Assembly (NCBI GenBank): GCA_020184695.1
Contig: JAANOX010000205.1
Location: 806,001 to 870,000, forward strand
Source: Histomonas meleagridis 2922-C6/04-290x
Taxonomy: Eukaryota > Protista > Parabasalia
DNA length: 64,000 nucleotides
Reading direction: 5' to 3'
Made by a program: the position numbers and the translations under genes. This document shows positions 1-11,144 of the stretch, one piece after another. Position 1 is the first letter of the stretch. Every line of letters starts with the position of its first letter. Under the pieces are notes generated by a model. It did no database searches. It saw only the letters and a program-made list of their open reading frames with translations, and was not told the origin of the DNA.

Positions 1-984
1 TTCTTTATCTCAAATAATTATCCTTATTCTTCAACATTTTTTGCAGCTGTATTAAATAAGCCTAATGAAAATGATCCATTATGTTTCTGTGATAAGAATG
101 ATTGTAGTAATAAAAATATCTGTAAATTACAAAATACTTATTCAACAAATTCTGCATTATATGGAATTTTTTATTATTGTTATGATAGAGTAATTTATAT
201 TGATAAAAACATCGAAATACCTTCAATATATTTAAATGCAGAAATATTAACTTTGGATTTACTGAAAAATAATAATACGAATATAAAACATTTGATTACT
301 TTTACTAATTGTATTTCTTCTAATATTTATAATTGTTATTATTTATCAATTAATAATTTAAGAATTAAATTTACTGAAACAAATCAAGTTTCAAGTAATG
401 TAATTCATTTCGAATATTTAGAACTTAAAAATATTACTTTTGAAGATAATAATAAATTTGTTTTATCGATCAATAATTTAACGACTGATTACGAATCGTT
501 TGATTCAAATATACAAATTACACAATCAATTAAAATGAATAATTCTGAAATTACAATTAAAACTATAAAGGTTTATAATAATTCAATTGATTTTGTTAAT
601 TCTAATGATGAAATAAAGAAAATTAATTTAGTAGAAAATTTGAAAATTGAATTTTTTGTAATACATAATGATACTTTAATTAATATATTGAATGGTGAAA
701 ATTATTCATTAAGTTTACCAAATAATATTCAAATTATTATTAATTTTCATGGAACAGTAAATTCAACTTATAATATTGATGAAAGTATTAAAGATAAAGT
801 TACAATAATTGAAGATAAACATAAAAAAGGTTTAACAACATTGCATATTGTATTAATTGCTGTTGGTTCTGCTGTCGTTGTTATAGTTGTCATACTGGTG
901 ATAATATTCTTTATAAAAAGAAAAAAGAAAAACTATGAAAGTATGATGTCAACAACTGACTTAATGCGTAAAGAATTAGTTTAA
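1..984 (+). CDS. Type I membrane / surface protein, 5' partial (ORF open from base 1)
   Basis: Frame +1 has no stop from base 1 (FFISNNYPY...LCFCDKNDCSNKNICK...) through the track ORF. Asn/Ile-rich ectodomain, one TM (LHIVLIAVGSAVVVIVVILVIIFFI), basic stop-transfer KRKKKNY and a short tail. Confidence 0.8.
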   Translation, partial: FFISNNYPYSSTFFAAVLNKPNENDPLCFCDKNDCSNKNICKLQNTYSTNSALYGIFYYCYDRVIYIDKNIEIPSIYLNAEILTLDLLKNNNTNIKHLITFTNCISSNIYNCYYLSINNLRIKFTETNQVSSNVIHFEYLELKNITFEDNNKFVLSINNLTTDYESFDSNIQITQSIKMNNSEITIKTIKVYNNSIDFVNSNDEIKKINLVENLKIEFFVIHNDTLINILNGENYSLSLPNNIQIIINFHGTVNSTYNIDESIKDKVTIIEDKHKKGLTTLHIVLIAVGSAVVVIVVILVIIFFIKRKKKNYESMMSTTDLMRKELV

Positions 985-1256
985 GTAAATTTTACATTAT
1001 TTCTTTTCGTAAATTTAAGTGTTTTACCTACTTTGAATTTTATATGATGATTGGTAACTAAAAAACTGTTAAAAAAATTTTCCGGTTTCGAGCTGTACAA
1101 AAAGTTAACTTAAATTGAATTTTTGAAGGCATTTCAAATGCTTCTGTTCATATTTCAGGCGCCAATTTCTGCAGAAAAATGTAAACGTGCCAAAATGAGG
1201 ACAATTTCAATACAACCGACGGCCCAGGTCGAAATTTGTGTAATCAATTATCGATA

Positions 1257-3560
1257 ATGCCTATAAAGACATCGCACTTTAAGGCAGTATTATTTCGAAA
1301 ATATATTATGATCAAACGTTCATGGAGATCCTTTATATTTACAATTGTTGCATGTATTGTAGCTTCTGCTTTAGCAATTGCTATTTATTATGCAATGGCT
1401 TATTTTATGCAACCTGGAACAAATAAAATTACGTTTGAAGATTTTGCACAAAATTCAAATTTTTTATTGTTTGTAGATGATGGTTCATTACCTGAATTTC
1501 CATATTTAAAACAATCTCTTATAAATCTTTATGAAAGAGAATTAGGCCAAACACCTGACAGCCTTACCTTTAATTCATCAGATGAATTAAATTCATGGGT
1601 TGTTCAACAAGAAACATCACTTCAACAACCTACATATATTCCAATGGGTGTACAATTTTACCAAACGCAAAACAACGCATTTGCTATGTCCACATGGTTT
1701 AACACGTCAGGTTATCATGAAACATCTGATCAATTTACAGTAGATTTTTTAGCCACCAAAGCAGTCTGGAATTATATTTACGGCGGGAACTTCACACTGA
1801 CCTTTACAGTATCAGCCAGCCGTAGTATTGAATATTATTTTGGGAATATCGGTCCGATCATATTAGTTGCAGGATTATATTCCATTATTCCATTAATCAT
1901 TACACAGCCTATCATTGATATTACGGGCGAAATTCGGTCATATATGGTTTCCTGTACACTAAAAATCTTTCCATATTGGCTCGGCACATTTCTCTTAGAC
2001 TTCATTGTCTGGATATTCACCACCACCATCATCTGGGCGATATTTTGCATTGCACAAATCCAAGCATTTTTAGACAATTTATTAACCACATGGTATACTA
2101 TGGTCATGTTAGGACCATCATTTATTATCTTTATGTATGTAATTTCATTTTTATTTGATAGTCCAGAATCAGCAAATCGACAATGTTTCTTAACGTTTAT
2201 CATTGTCTTGTTAGTTCCTTATGTCATCCAATGTGTTCGATGGAAGCCAAATCCTGTTTGGTTAGAATGGATTTATTCATTAATTCCTCCATTATCATTA
2301 CAGCGGATATTTTCATATGTATTATCTAATATTGGACCACTTCGACAATCATTTTCATATTATTGGAAAGAAGCGACGTCACAAAGTTTCTTGATTATGG
2401 ACTTTGGTAATATCCTTATTTATAGTTTCATTTTATTTATCATTGAATCAGTACGAAACTCAATCAAACGAAAACTTGCTAAAAACTCATTTAATAATTA
2501 TAATGAATATTTCCAAGAGCTGAAAGATAAACAAGAAATAACACCGGACGTCTTAGAGATGCGAGAAAGAGTTGAGAATTCTCATGATTTCGCAGTCCGA
2601 ATTGATAATGTTTCACGTTTATTCTTTAATACAGAAGGTAAACCTATACCAGCAGTGAACCATGTGTCATTAGGTATCGACAAAGGATGTTTATTTGGCT
2701 TTTTGGGCGCTAATGGCGCAGGTAAGACGACATTAATTCGAATGATAACTTCTTTGTTACCACCATCAGATGGAACAATTGAAATTAATGGAGTTGACAT
2801 CTCTAAATTCCATGACCCAACAATAATTAGTGTATGTCCACAATTTAATAACCATTTATGTAATGAAATGACGCCGGCGGAACACTTTAAGTTGTATGGA
2901 ATGTTATTCGAGTTCGATAAAGAAGAAGAAGAGAAATCAATTCGTTTAATACATGACTTAGAACTTGAAGAACTTAAAGATAAACCTTTACAAGACTTAT
3001 CGCAAGGTGATGTCCGAAAACTTGCAGTCGCATTATCATTTTATAGTCGAGCAAACATTATATTACTTGATGAGCCAACTGCTTCGTTAGATCCAGTCGC
3101 AAGACATAATGTACAAGAGCTAATTCTAGAATACAAAAGCGATAAAACGTTTATGTTATGTACACATTTGTTAAGCGAAGCGGAATTCTTATGCGATATC
3201 ATATCGATTATGGTCAAAGGAAGCGTTTATGCAATCGGAACACCACAACAATTAACTGAACGATTTGGAACAATTTATAAAATAGATATAATGCTGAGGA
3301 ATGATTCCGATGAAGAGGCCGAAAAATGTACAAATTTCATAGAGAAAACATTGCCAACAGCTAAAATGGAGATCTCGAGGCCGGCAGCAAGGCTATACGA
3401 CGTGCCAGCAACAGACATAGAGTTGGCGGAGCTGTTCGCACTGATGGAAAATGGTATGAACGGAGACAATGGATATTGCTATTACACGTGCTCGTCATCG
3501 TCGTTGGAACACGTGTTCATGGAAATATTGAAAATGTCTGAGACTGATGAAGAACTTTAA
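1257..3560 (+). CDS. ABC transporter subfamily A, half-size (TMD + one NBD)
   Basis: Multi-TM N-half; Walker A GANGAGKTT, Q-loop CPQF, Walker B LLDEP, H-loop THLL; C-terminal SLEHVF typical of ABCA. First ATG is at 1257. Confidence 0.9.
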   Translation: MPIKTSHFKAVLFRKYIMIKRSWRSFIFTIVACIVASALAIAIYYAMAYFMQPGTNKITFEDFAQNSNFLLFVDDGSLPEFPYLKQSLINLYERELGQTPDSLTFNSSDELNSWVVQQETSLQQPTYIPMGVQFYQTQNNAFAMSTWFNTSGYHETSDQFTVDFLATKAVWNYIYGGNFTLTFTVSASRSIEYYFGNIGPIILVAGLYSIIPLIITQPIIDITGEIRSYMVSCTLKIFPYWLGTFLLDFIVWIFTTTIIWAIFCIAQIQAFLDNLLTTWYTMVMLGPSFIIFMYVISFLFDSPESANRQCFLTFIIVLLVPYVIQCVRWKPNPVWLEWIYSLIPPLSLQRIFSYVLSNIGPLRQSFSYYWKEATSQSFLIMDFGNILIYSFILFIIESVRNSIKRKLAKNSFNNYNEYFQELKDKQEITPDVLEMRERVENSHDFAVRIDNVSRLFFNTEGKPIPAVNHVSLGIDKGCLFGFLGANGAGKTTLIRMITSLLPPSDGTIEINGVDISKFHDPTIISVCPQFNNHLCNEMTPAEHFKLYGMLFEFDKEEEEKSIRLIHDLELEELKDKPLQDLSQGDVRKLAVALSFYSRANIILLDEPTASLDPVARHNVQELILEYKSDKTFMLCTHLLSEAEFLCDIISIMVKGSVYAIGTPQQLTERFGTIYKIDIMLRNDSDEEAEKCTNFIEKTLPTAKMEISRPAARLYDVPATDIELAELFALMENGMNGDNGYCYYTCSSSSLEHVFMEILKMSETDEEL

Positions 3561-3658
3561 CTGCGAATATTAATTTGTAAATGAAATTATTATTATTTTG
3601 GGTTTGTTTGAAGTTGTGCAAATATTTGTTTTAGACGAGAAAGCACCACCAATTAAAT

Positions 3659-3973
3659 GTGTTCACGCTATTTATTTTGGAATGTACAATTGTTGATGTG
3701 TTGAGATATGGTCTTACGTTTTTGAGTTTAATTTCTAGTAACGAAGAAGTTATCTTTGCTCATTATACTGAATTAAGAAATTTAATTCAAAGAACACTTG
3801 AACAAGATCAACAAAAGCGAATCGATGCTTTTGAGATTAAAGAACATCCGTTCTTTGAGAATATTCTTGGAAAAGAGTGGATTCGAAGTGAAAAAGAATC
3901 ACTTTACTCAAAGACAAAGTCACTGTTCTGTGTTGAAGAGGAAGCAGACTATGATGACTTTATTGGAATGTAA
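3659..3973 (+). pseudogene. Degenerate protein-kinase C-lobe fragment
   Basis: VDVLRYG (subdomain IX-like DVWSYG) and LRNLIQRTLEQDQQKRIDAFEIKEHPFF (subdomain XI, AGC/CAMK-like). No N-lobe and no upstream ATG. Confidence 0.55.
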
Positions 3974-4430
3974 TGAGTAAACTGTGTAATTATTTTTAAA
4001 ATAATTTTGTTTTGATAAAATTTGTGGTGCGCTTTGAATATATTGGTGTTGTTATTTCCCTTTATAATATAGTGTTTAGGAAAATCAATCAAAATAATTA
4101 TTACAAAAAATATATATAAAAAATCTACAAATAAGCGAAATGTTATCGAAGTACCCTTATTAGGAACGATTTTAAATTCAGATATATTTTCTATATTTAC
4201 GCGCCCGTTTAAACTGTTTATTAAAAAAAACGATGGAGCTTTTTCAAAGAAAAATTGTCTTAATTCTGAGTTTATCGTTCTATTGAACAGTTTACACACG
4301 TTTTTTAAATGAAATTTGATCGGATATGTGGGTGGCCATAACGATCAATTTATTCACAATTTCGAACTGTAAAAAAACGGTTTTGATATGGGCTCGTTAT
4401 CCAGATTTTAATTTACCAAAAGTGAATACT

Positions 4431-5036
4431 TTATTTGCAGCACTTTTTCTTGCCTTGTTTTCCTGTGTCATCCTTGAGGTTAACACCTCCATTAGGTTTA
4501 CCATCATTTATAACATTTCCTTTGTTCTGTAATAAATTATTGATCGCCATTTGGAACATTCTATCAACTCCAGAACCTGTGGAAGCGCTAGTTTCGGCAT
4601 AAAGTGCTCCGTTTTCAGAGGCCATTGAACTTGCACTCTGGAATTCAATGACACGTTTATCTTCAAGATCCGTTTTATTTCCACAAACAAGAATAACTAT
4701 ATTTTCTTCGACATTGGTTTTAAGTTCTCTGATCCAGTAACTAACAGAATCAAAGCTTTCAGCCTTTGTTACATCGAAAACAATGATAGCAATCAAAGCA
4801 CTTCTATAGTACATTGGTGCTAAACCACGGTAAACTTCTTGACCTGCTGTATCCCAAATCAGAAGTTCGAGTTGTTGGCCATCAATATTAACATCTTTTG
4901 TAACAAAAGCAGCACCGATTGTTGGGTTAACATTTTCTGGTGCAGAGCCAGAAACATATTGAGTTACAATACTTGTTTTTCCGACACCGGAGTCACCAAG
5001 AAGGACCAATTTCACGGCGTTTCCCTCGATGCTCAT
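4431..5036 (-). CDS. Rab family small GTPase (Rab5/RabF-like)
   Basis: GDSGVGKT, PTIGAAF, WDTAGQE, NKTD, ETSA; C-terminal CCK prenylation motif. ATG at 5036. Confidence 0.93.
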   Translation of the reverse strand: MSIEGNAVKLVLLGDSGVGKTSIVTQYVSGSAPENVNPTIGAAFVTKDVNIDGQQLELLIWDTAGQEVYRGLAPMYYRSALIAIIVFDVTKAESFDSVSYWIRELKTNVEENIVILVCGNKTDLEDKRVIEFQSASSMASENGALYAETSASTGSGVDRMFQMAINNLLQNKGNVINDGKPNGGVNLKDDTGKQGKKKCCK

Positions 5037-5355
5037 TTTGAAATTAGAAGTTTCCTTCAAATTTCAATGAAACCGACGGACCTTTTTCAAAAGCCACAAA
5101 AGTTGGCTATAGTCTAGATTTCTTCAATCAAATCGAAAATTGATGAAACTCATAGAAAATAACTGTAATTCAATAGAAAAAGTCGGTGAATAAATTAAAC
5201 AACAAAATTTGTAAAACATTTTTTACTTGGCAAGAATATATCCTTTTTACATATCATCAAAATTAAATTAGACGTAAGTATCTCTTTTCAAAATATTTGA
5301 GAAGTAAAACTTCAAATTGATTACATTTTCAAAATTAATTTACAAAATTAATATT

Positions 5356-5703
5356 TTATTTATTTAACCCAGGAATTTCGTTTAATGGACGGATTTGGAT
5401 GTTGTGCTCTTTTTGAAAAGCAAGGAGTTCTTCCTCTTTAGCCTTAATCTTCGGATTAAATGTATTAATAAGTTCTTTTAATGATGCTTTCTGTTGTTCA
5501 AGTGCTGGCTTTGCATCACCAATTGTCATCTGTACGAGTACTTCTCCAATAAGTCTAAAACATTTTCTATCGTCTGGTAAATTTGAAATAGTTTCAAGAA
5601 CTCTTTCATGTTGTTGTAAATCCAATTCAAATTGTATTGTTTTATTTTGGAGCTCTTTCAGTTCTGATCTTAATTTGTTAAATTGCTCGCTAAGGGAAGA
5701 CAT
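5356..5703 (-). CDS. PFDN2: Prefoldin subunit 2
   Basis: Coiled coil - RKCFRLIGEVLVQMTIGDAKPAL - coiled coil, matching the prefoldin beta subunit 2 pattern; 115 aa. Confidence 0.82.
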   Translation of the reverse strand: MSSLSEQFNKLRSELKELQNKTIQFELDLQQHERVLETISNLPDDRKCFRLIGEVLVQMTIGDAKPALEQQKASLKELINTFNPKIKAKEEELLAFQKEHNIQIRPLNEIPGLNK

Positions 5704-5800
5704 TTCTGGTGTTCAGCCTTCTAAACAAACTTTGTTAATTTTAATAAACGTTCTTTATTGACCGTTTATGATTTTATGAAATGTTATGTGAAATCATTAA

Positions 5801-7042
5801 ATGGAGAAAAATGAAGAAATTGAAAAATCAAGAAGCAAAATCCGAAATATTAATATACTTCAAAAGACAAATTTAAATTGGATACAAAATTATTTTGATA
5901 GAAAATATTATACATGTGAAGAATTATCATGCATAATTAATTCTTTTTTTTCATTCTCTAATGAAATTCAATCTATTTTATTTTCAAAACTAAATTCCAT
6001 AATATTTGATCAGGATAATGATATTTCAATTATTCAATCAACATTAAATTCTATTTCCCCAATTGTTAACAGCGACTTATTTTTTGAAAATGTCACCACT
6101 AGCCTTGACTTTTTTCCTCATTATCTTGAATTTCTTATCACAAAAATTTCTTCACCATTATATCAACAATTTCTAAATTTTGTTTCAATTTTTCTATTTC
6201 GATGTCAGTCACTTCGATGCGATCCAAAAGTTATACAATTTTTTGGTATTTTATTAAACAGATACTATACTGAATATGATTTTACATATATATGTAATGC
6301 GTTTCTTTCTCCGCCATTTGATATATCTCTTCAAATGATATATGAAGTGATATTTCCATATATATATAAAGTTTTACACTTTGAGCTAAATCATTCGATA
6401 ATTCGATCTATTAAAGTTTTAATTTTAAGTGTAAAATATGAATTACAAATCGATTTAAATTATTTTCTTTCTAATTTAAATGAATTATTGTCAACAAGTG
6501 ATGATGAAATTGTTTTATTAATTTTTTCATTATTATCATTTTGTTCAACAAATATAAAACCACCTGAAAACTTGGATAATTATATGATGCAAAAAGTAAT
6601 GAACGAAAATTGTTCATTCGAAATGAAAAAAAGTTGTTTAAATCTGTTTATTAATTTTTTTGAGTTTTGGAATAATAATTTTTTTGTTTATTTTCCGTTG
6701 TTTGAGTTTTTAATGAATAATCCTTCTTATGAGATTAGATCTATCACTATACAAGTGATACTTTTATATTTGCCGAATAATGTTCCATATTCATCAAAAT
6801 TATGTCGTTTATTATGTGATTCTTTCGATTTGGATAATGTGCAACAAAAAATCGGTAAAGTTTTGGTTTATTGGATTAATACTATAAATGATTCGGATTT
6901 ATTGGATTTAATATCGATTATTAAATTGGAACAATATAATATATGCGATACAATAAGTTTATTAGAAATCCCTGAGTTAAAATTGCTTTCACAATACATT
7001 GAAGGTTTTAGTGATTTTTGGAATGCAAGTGAAGTTAATTAA
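5801..7042 (+). CDS. ARM/HEAT-like helical repeat hypothetical protein
   Basis: 413-aa ATG-initiated ORF with Leu/Ile-rich helical repeats. The fold is inferred only. Confidence 0.6.
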   Translation: MEKNEEIEKSRSKIRNINILQKTNLNWIQNYFDRKYYTCEELSCIINSFFSFSNEIQSILFSKLNSIIFDQDNDISIIQSTLNSISPIVNSDLFFENVTTSLDFFPHYLEFLITKISSPLYQQFLNFVSIFLFRCQSLRCDPKVIQFFGILLNRYYTEYDFTYICNAFLSPPFDISLQMIYEVIFPYIYKVLHFELNHSIIRSIKVLILSVKYELQIDLNYFLSNLNELLSTSDDEIVLLIFSLLSFCSTNIKPPENLDNYMMQKVMNENCSFEMKKSCLNLFINFFEFWNNNFFVYFPLFEFLMNNPSYEIRSITIQVILLYLPNNVPYSSKLCRLLCDSFDLDNVQQKIGKVLVYWINTINDSDLLDLISIIKLEQYNICDTISLLEIPELKLLSQYIEGFSDFWNASEVN

Positions 7043-7130
7043 TAATGAATAAAAAACTGTTGTTTGTATTTTATGCGATTGTTTTTATAGGTTTTGTTTC
7101 ATAAAAATAACTTTCTTCTTATTTTTATAA

Positions 7131-8171
7131 ATGCAAAAACAATTTGCTACAAATGATTTTAAGATTTTTTCTGCAAAAGAAAAGGATAATATTGTACAAA
7201 TAATTGTTTCTCCTTTTCGAATTCTAATTCTTAATGAAAATTATCAATTTAAAATTTATGATTTTTCATTTGATCAACTTTCTTCATTTTCTATAAAAAA
7301 TGATTTTGTAACATTAGCATTTAAAAATAAAAAGATACACGTTTATTGTCATAAAGCTGAAAAACTAAAAAATGCTATAGAAATTGTACAATTTCAAGAA
7401 ATGCAATCTGAGTATAAATTGTTTCAAAAAATCAATGATTTTTTCTCTATGAATAAAAATGATATAAATCAATTATTAAATGAATTACATTCAATTGGAA
7501 ACAGTTTAATTCTTCTTCTTGATCAAAAAAGAAAAGTTCCAAATTTTTTACTTGAAACCATGAAATATATTTTTATTGTTAGATTTCAAAATGAATACAA
7601 ACTCAATGATTTTAAAATATATGAAAAAGAAATATTCATGATTTTCCTTATTGTTTTATTGGAAGCAATTGAAGTTGCTTCACAACTTCAGACAGACAAA
7701 GATTATTTAGATTATATTATTGGTGGGCTTACAAGAGAAATTTTTCAAATATCTGTGTATATTAAGGTTGATTCCTCTAAAATTCTTGGTTCTTCAATGC
7801 TTTTCTTTAATAGAGAGAATCCATTAGCTATTATGTACGAGAGTAAAGTGATGCAAAGAGAAATTCAAACACTTCTCAATGAAAGTAAAATGGGAATTAA
7901 TGTTTCTAAATCGCAATTTATTGATAAGCTTTATCTAATAATTGTACTAGAAGTATGTGCTATTTTAACAGATATATCTCACTTTGAACTAAATGAACTT
8001 ACTGTTAATGTACTTATAATGATTTTAAATCCACAGGCATTGACAAAAAAAGTACATCGTACAATGAAAACCATAATTGGAGAAATGTTAAAAGCTTTTA
8101 ATGATAATAGAGTCGATAAAAATTTCATTTATGTTTTTGCAATGTGGGTAATGAAAGACAAACTAAAATAA
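7131..8171 (+). CDS. Hypothetical protein
   Basis: 346-aa ATG-initiated ORF; no motif recognised. Confidence 0.6.
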   Translation: MQKQFATNDFKIFSAKEKDNIVQIIVSPFRILILNENYQFKIYDFSFDQLSSFSIKNDFVTLAFKNKKIHVYCHKAEKLKNAIEIVQFQEMQSEYKLFQKINDFFSMNKNDINQLLNELHSIGNSLILLLDQKRKVPNFLLETMKYIFIVRFQNEYKLNDFKIYEKEIFMIFLIVLLEAIEVASQLQTDKDYLDYIIGGLTREIFQISVYIKVDSSKILGSSMLFFNRENPLAIMYESKVMQREIQTLLNESKMGINVSKSQFIDKLYLIIVLEVCAILTDISHFELNELTVNVLIMILNPQALTKKVHRTMKTIIGEMLKAFNDNRVDKNFIYVFAMWVMKDKLK

Positions 8172-8416
8172 TACAAATTATATTTCATATTACCATATAA
8201 ATTTACAATACTACTATTTTTTTTTTTTCAAAAAATTGCATTCTTAAAACTGAGAACTACGAAATTTAAGGAATTATTTAAAAAGTTTTGTAATCATAAT
8301 TTCCAGCATCCATTAAAATATCGTATTAAAATTGTGATTCTATAAATTAAAGGATTCGAATTTGCCTTGAATTCATTTTAAAAATATTTGAAAATAATAT
8401 GTTTATTTAATTACAG

Positions 8417-8899
8417 CTAATGATAATGTGAATGGTGTGGTGGTGATTGGCGTCGCCTTGAGTGATGGTCGTCGCTGTGCCTATGAGGTGGCGAAGGCTC
8501 TCTGGATGGCTTACGCTTTGATTTGTTTTTGGCTTTCTCAAAGGCAGCTGGACTCAATGGAATAGGGCAGTCCTTATCTTCAAACATCATAGGCGCTCCT
8601 TTTCTTTTTTGGTTATTTTTCTTCTTGTTTTTTTCTAGTTTATAAGCATGTGGATCAAATATTTTTGCTGAAATAACATTTCCACGAAATTTCAATTGGC
8701 GCATAGCTTCAAAAAGCTCAGATGCATTACTCACGTCAGGCAATTCAACATAACAAGTTCCATCAAAATGATTATGACTCATCTTAAGTTTGCTTATAGT
8801 TGCAAATTTTCCAACATAATCTCTTATTTGGTTTTCTTTTGTATCCTTTGGAAATCCTGAAAGAATTACCTTCAGAAGCTTTTGTTCCATTTCCTGCAA
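8417..8899 (-). CDS. RRM-domain RNA-binding protein with basic/Arg-Ser-Pro tail
   Basis: VILSGFP (RNP2-like) and GTCYVEL (RNP1-like); tail KRKPSREPSPPHRHS. Confidence 0.75.
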   Translation of the reverse strand: MQEMEQKLLKVILSGFPKDTKENQIRDYVGKFATISKLKMSHNHFDGTCYVELPDVSNASELFEAMRQLKFRGNVISAKIFDPHAYKLEKNKKKNNQKRKGAPMMFEDKDCPIPLSPAAFEKAKNKSKRKPSREPSPPHRHSDDHHSRRRQSPPHHSHYH

Positions 8900-9044
8900 T
8901 TTGGTACCGGAGGCCGTTTAATCACCTTCGTTTTAACGTACAACCACAAACGGTTTTCTTTCATTGGGGAATCCTCATCAACAATCGTTGTTTAAATTCA
9001 AATTAAACCAACATTTACCAACATAATTTCTCCGTCATCCTTGA

Positions 9045-11144
9045 CTATAACGACGTATTTAACATTTCGTTATATACATTAATCAATGGATCACTTTCTT
9101 CCAAATTTCGATCACTTCCAATGCATTCTTTTATAATTTGCTCTAAGCCCGCATTCAATAATGCCACATCTCTTACAAAATTCAGTCTGTCCTCTTTTGC
9201 CTTCCTCAAAGTGCATTGGACATCAATCTCAGTTTCAGATTGTATTGTTTCTGTACCTTCTCCAAATTTTGCGACAAAGCTTCGATGGATCTCTTCTAAT
9301 TTCATTTTACAATTTTCTTGTTCATTTGATGGAATTAGTTCAATAGCTTTTATTACATCATTTGATGGCCAACTTGATCGCTTGACATTCCCAGATAAAA
9401 TGATATTATTCAGTAATTGACAAATTGTGTCGAAATCGGTACAATTGCCATCAAAGAATAATTCTTCAATACCAATTTTAACAAGATATTGGAGAGACTT
9501 GATCCCCTTCTCCCCAACCATTTGCCCAGTGATATCAAGTGACTGAATACCACCGATTTTTTCGAGACGATTCAATAAATTTGCAACATCGGACCCATTA
9601 TCAGCGTTCTCCGATGCTTTCATTGTAAGTTTCTTAAGGTGCATATCAATAAATCGATTGCTTAAGACTTTTATTGGATCTTCTTCATTAGGAATAATTG
9701 AATATGATATATCAATTTCTTTTAATTTGGGTTGATTAGCAATGAAATCAATAAACGAGTTAGTAACGAGATTAGATTTCCATGAAAAAGACTCAAGTTG
9801 ACTTAGGGATAAATTTTTGATTTTTTCTATGGAATCAATAAAATCGTCACTTTCCGCAAAATGTAAACCATTCAATGCTATCGTAATTGGGCTGCCCTTT
9901 GTCTCGGAAAGACACATCATGAGAGAAACAAATGATTCAGAGGTGAAACTACAAAAGCTCAAATCAAGGAAGTTTAGCCCTTGAAATGAAGCTTCTTTGA
10001 TCACGGTGTGAAATATACAATTTGTAAATGAAAGATTCTTAAGACCAGTTGGGAATAATGTTATAATTGGAAGAACATATCCAACATCAATTCCACAGTA
10101 ACCTATGTTCAGAACTCGGAAACATTTGTTTGTAAGAACAGTATTACTTCCCATTAATTGAATAAGAAGAATCTGGAAAATTTTCAGATCTACACCACTT
10201 ACAAAGAGATCCTCGAGGTAACTGAAACAAGGCGCTTCGAACATGCATGAGAAAATAGCACGAAAATTCGACTCATTAAAATTGCATGATGAAATCCTAA
10301 GACTTTTAATAAGACCTTTGTACTTAGATAAGTCCTGTATGAAGTACTTAAATTCTGGGTAGAGCAAATCACATTTTATAAAGGATAAATGTGTAATTAT
10401 GTGATTATTATCATTTGCGAAAAAAACGATATCTTCAGGAATTAAAGAAAACGAAACTTCACTGAAGCGAATGGAACGAAATGTGTCTGATTTTATAGTG
10501 GATAAGTTTTTAACGGATAAATTAAGATTTGCATGTTCAATGGTAATATCAATAAGCCTTTTTTCATCACTAATAGCCTTGTTATAATAACTAAGGAGAG
10601 GGGAAGTAAGAATTTCCTGTGTAAAAATGATTTTTGCACTGACTAAAGAATTGTATAAAAGAGTTATTTGATCAATTAAACTTGGCGAAACTCTTGGAAT
10701 AACAGTAGCAAGGAAAGAATCTCCTGATATTGAAGATGAGTTGAGATTAAAATCAAAATCTAGAGGTGGAATTGGTGTATTTGATTTAACATCATTTTGT
10801 GGAAATAATTTCTTGCATAATTCAAATATCATCGATGCTATTTTTGAAGCATCTTGATGGATAATTTCGATTTTCTCTCCTTCGATATCAAAAATAATTG
10901 AATCATTATTTAAAGCTATTGACAAAACGGAATTTAAGGCAACAACCTCATTAGGTTTAAACCCGGAGGGAAATTTTCTTTTGGAGATGAAGAATAACCC
11001 AGCAGATGAGATTAGTAAAAATAAATTTTCCTTTTGGTTTCTTCTATTTATCCTATCAACAATGTCAAACCAATATACTTTTACATAAGGTAAATTAAGA
11101 AATGGATGTGAGGATAAAAGTCTTTCTTTCAAACTTTCGCTCAT
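9045..11144 (-). CDS. Leucine-rich repeat protein, CARMIL-like (N-terminal PH-like region + RNI-type LRRs)
   Basis: N-terminal RINRRNQKENLFLLISSAGLFF; LRRs such as LNFLDLSFC, LKEIDISYS and IQSLDITGQ. ATG at 11144. Confidence 0.7.
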   Translation of the reverse strand: MSESLKERLLSSHPFLNLPYVKVYWFDIVDRINRRNQKENLFLLISSAGLFFISKRKFPSGFKPNEVVALNSVLSIALNNDSIIFDIEGEKIEIIHQDASKIASMIFELCKKLFPQNDVKSNTPIPPLDFDFNLNSSSISGDSFLATVIPRVSPSLIDQITLLYNSLVSAKIIFTQEILTSPLLSYYNKAISDEKRLIDITIEHANLNLSVKNLSTIKSDTFRSIRFSEVSFSLIPEDIVFFANDNNHIITHLSFIKCDLLYPEFKYFIQDLSKYKGLIKSLRISSCNFNESNFRAIFSCMFEAPCFSYLEDLFVSGVDLKIFQILLIQLMGSNTVLTNKCFRVLNIGYCGIDVGYVLPIITLFPTGLKNLSFTNCIFHTVIKEASFQGLNFLDLSFCSFTSESFVSLMMCLSETKGSPITIALNGLHFAESDDFIDSIEKIKNLSLSQLESFSWKSNLVTNSFIDFIANQPKLKEIDISYSIIPNEEDPIKVLSNRFIDMHLKKLTMKASENADNGSDVANLLNRLEKIGGIQSLDITGQMVGEKGIKSLQYLVKIGIEELFFDGNCTDFDTICQLLNNIILSGNVKRSSWPSNDVIKAIELIPSNEQENCKMKLEEIHRSFVAKFGEGTETIQSETEIDVQCTLRKAKEDRLNFVRDVALLNAGLEQIIKECIGSDRNLEESDPLINVYNEMLNTSL

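Noticed and set aside
3949-4299. 116-aa minus-strand ORF between the kinase relic and the Rab
   Set aside because: Non-ATG start, AT-rich intergenic composition and no motif.
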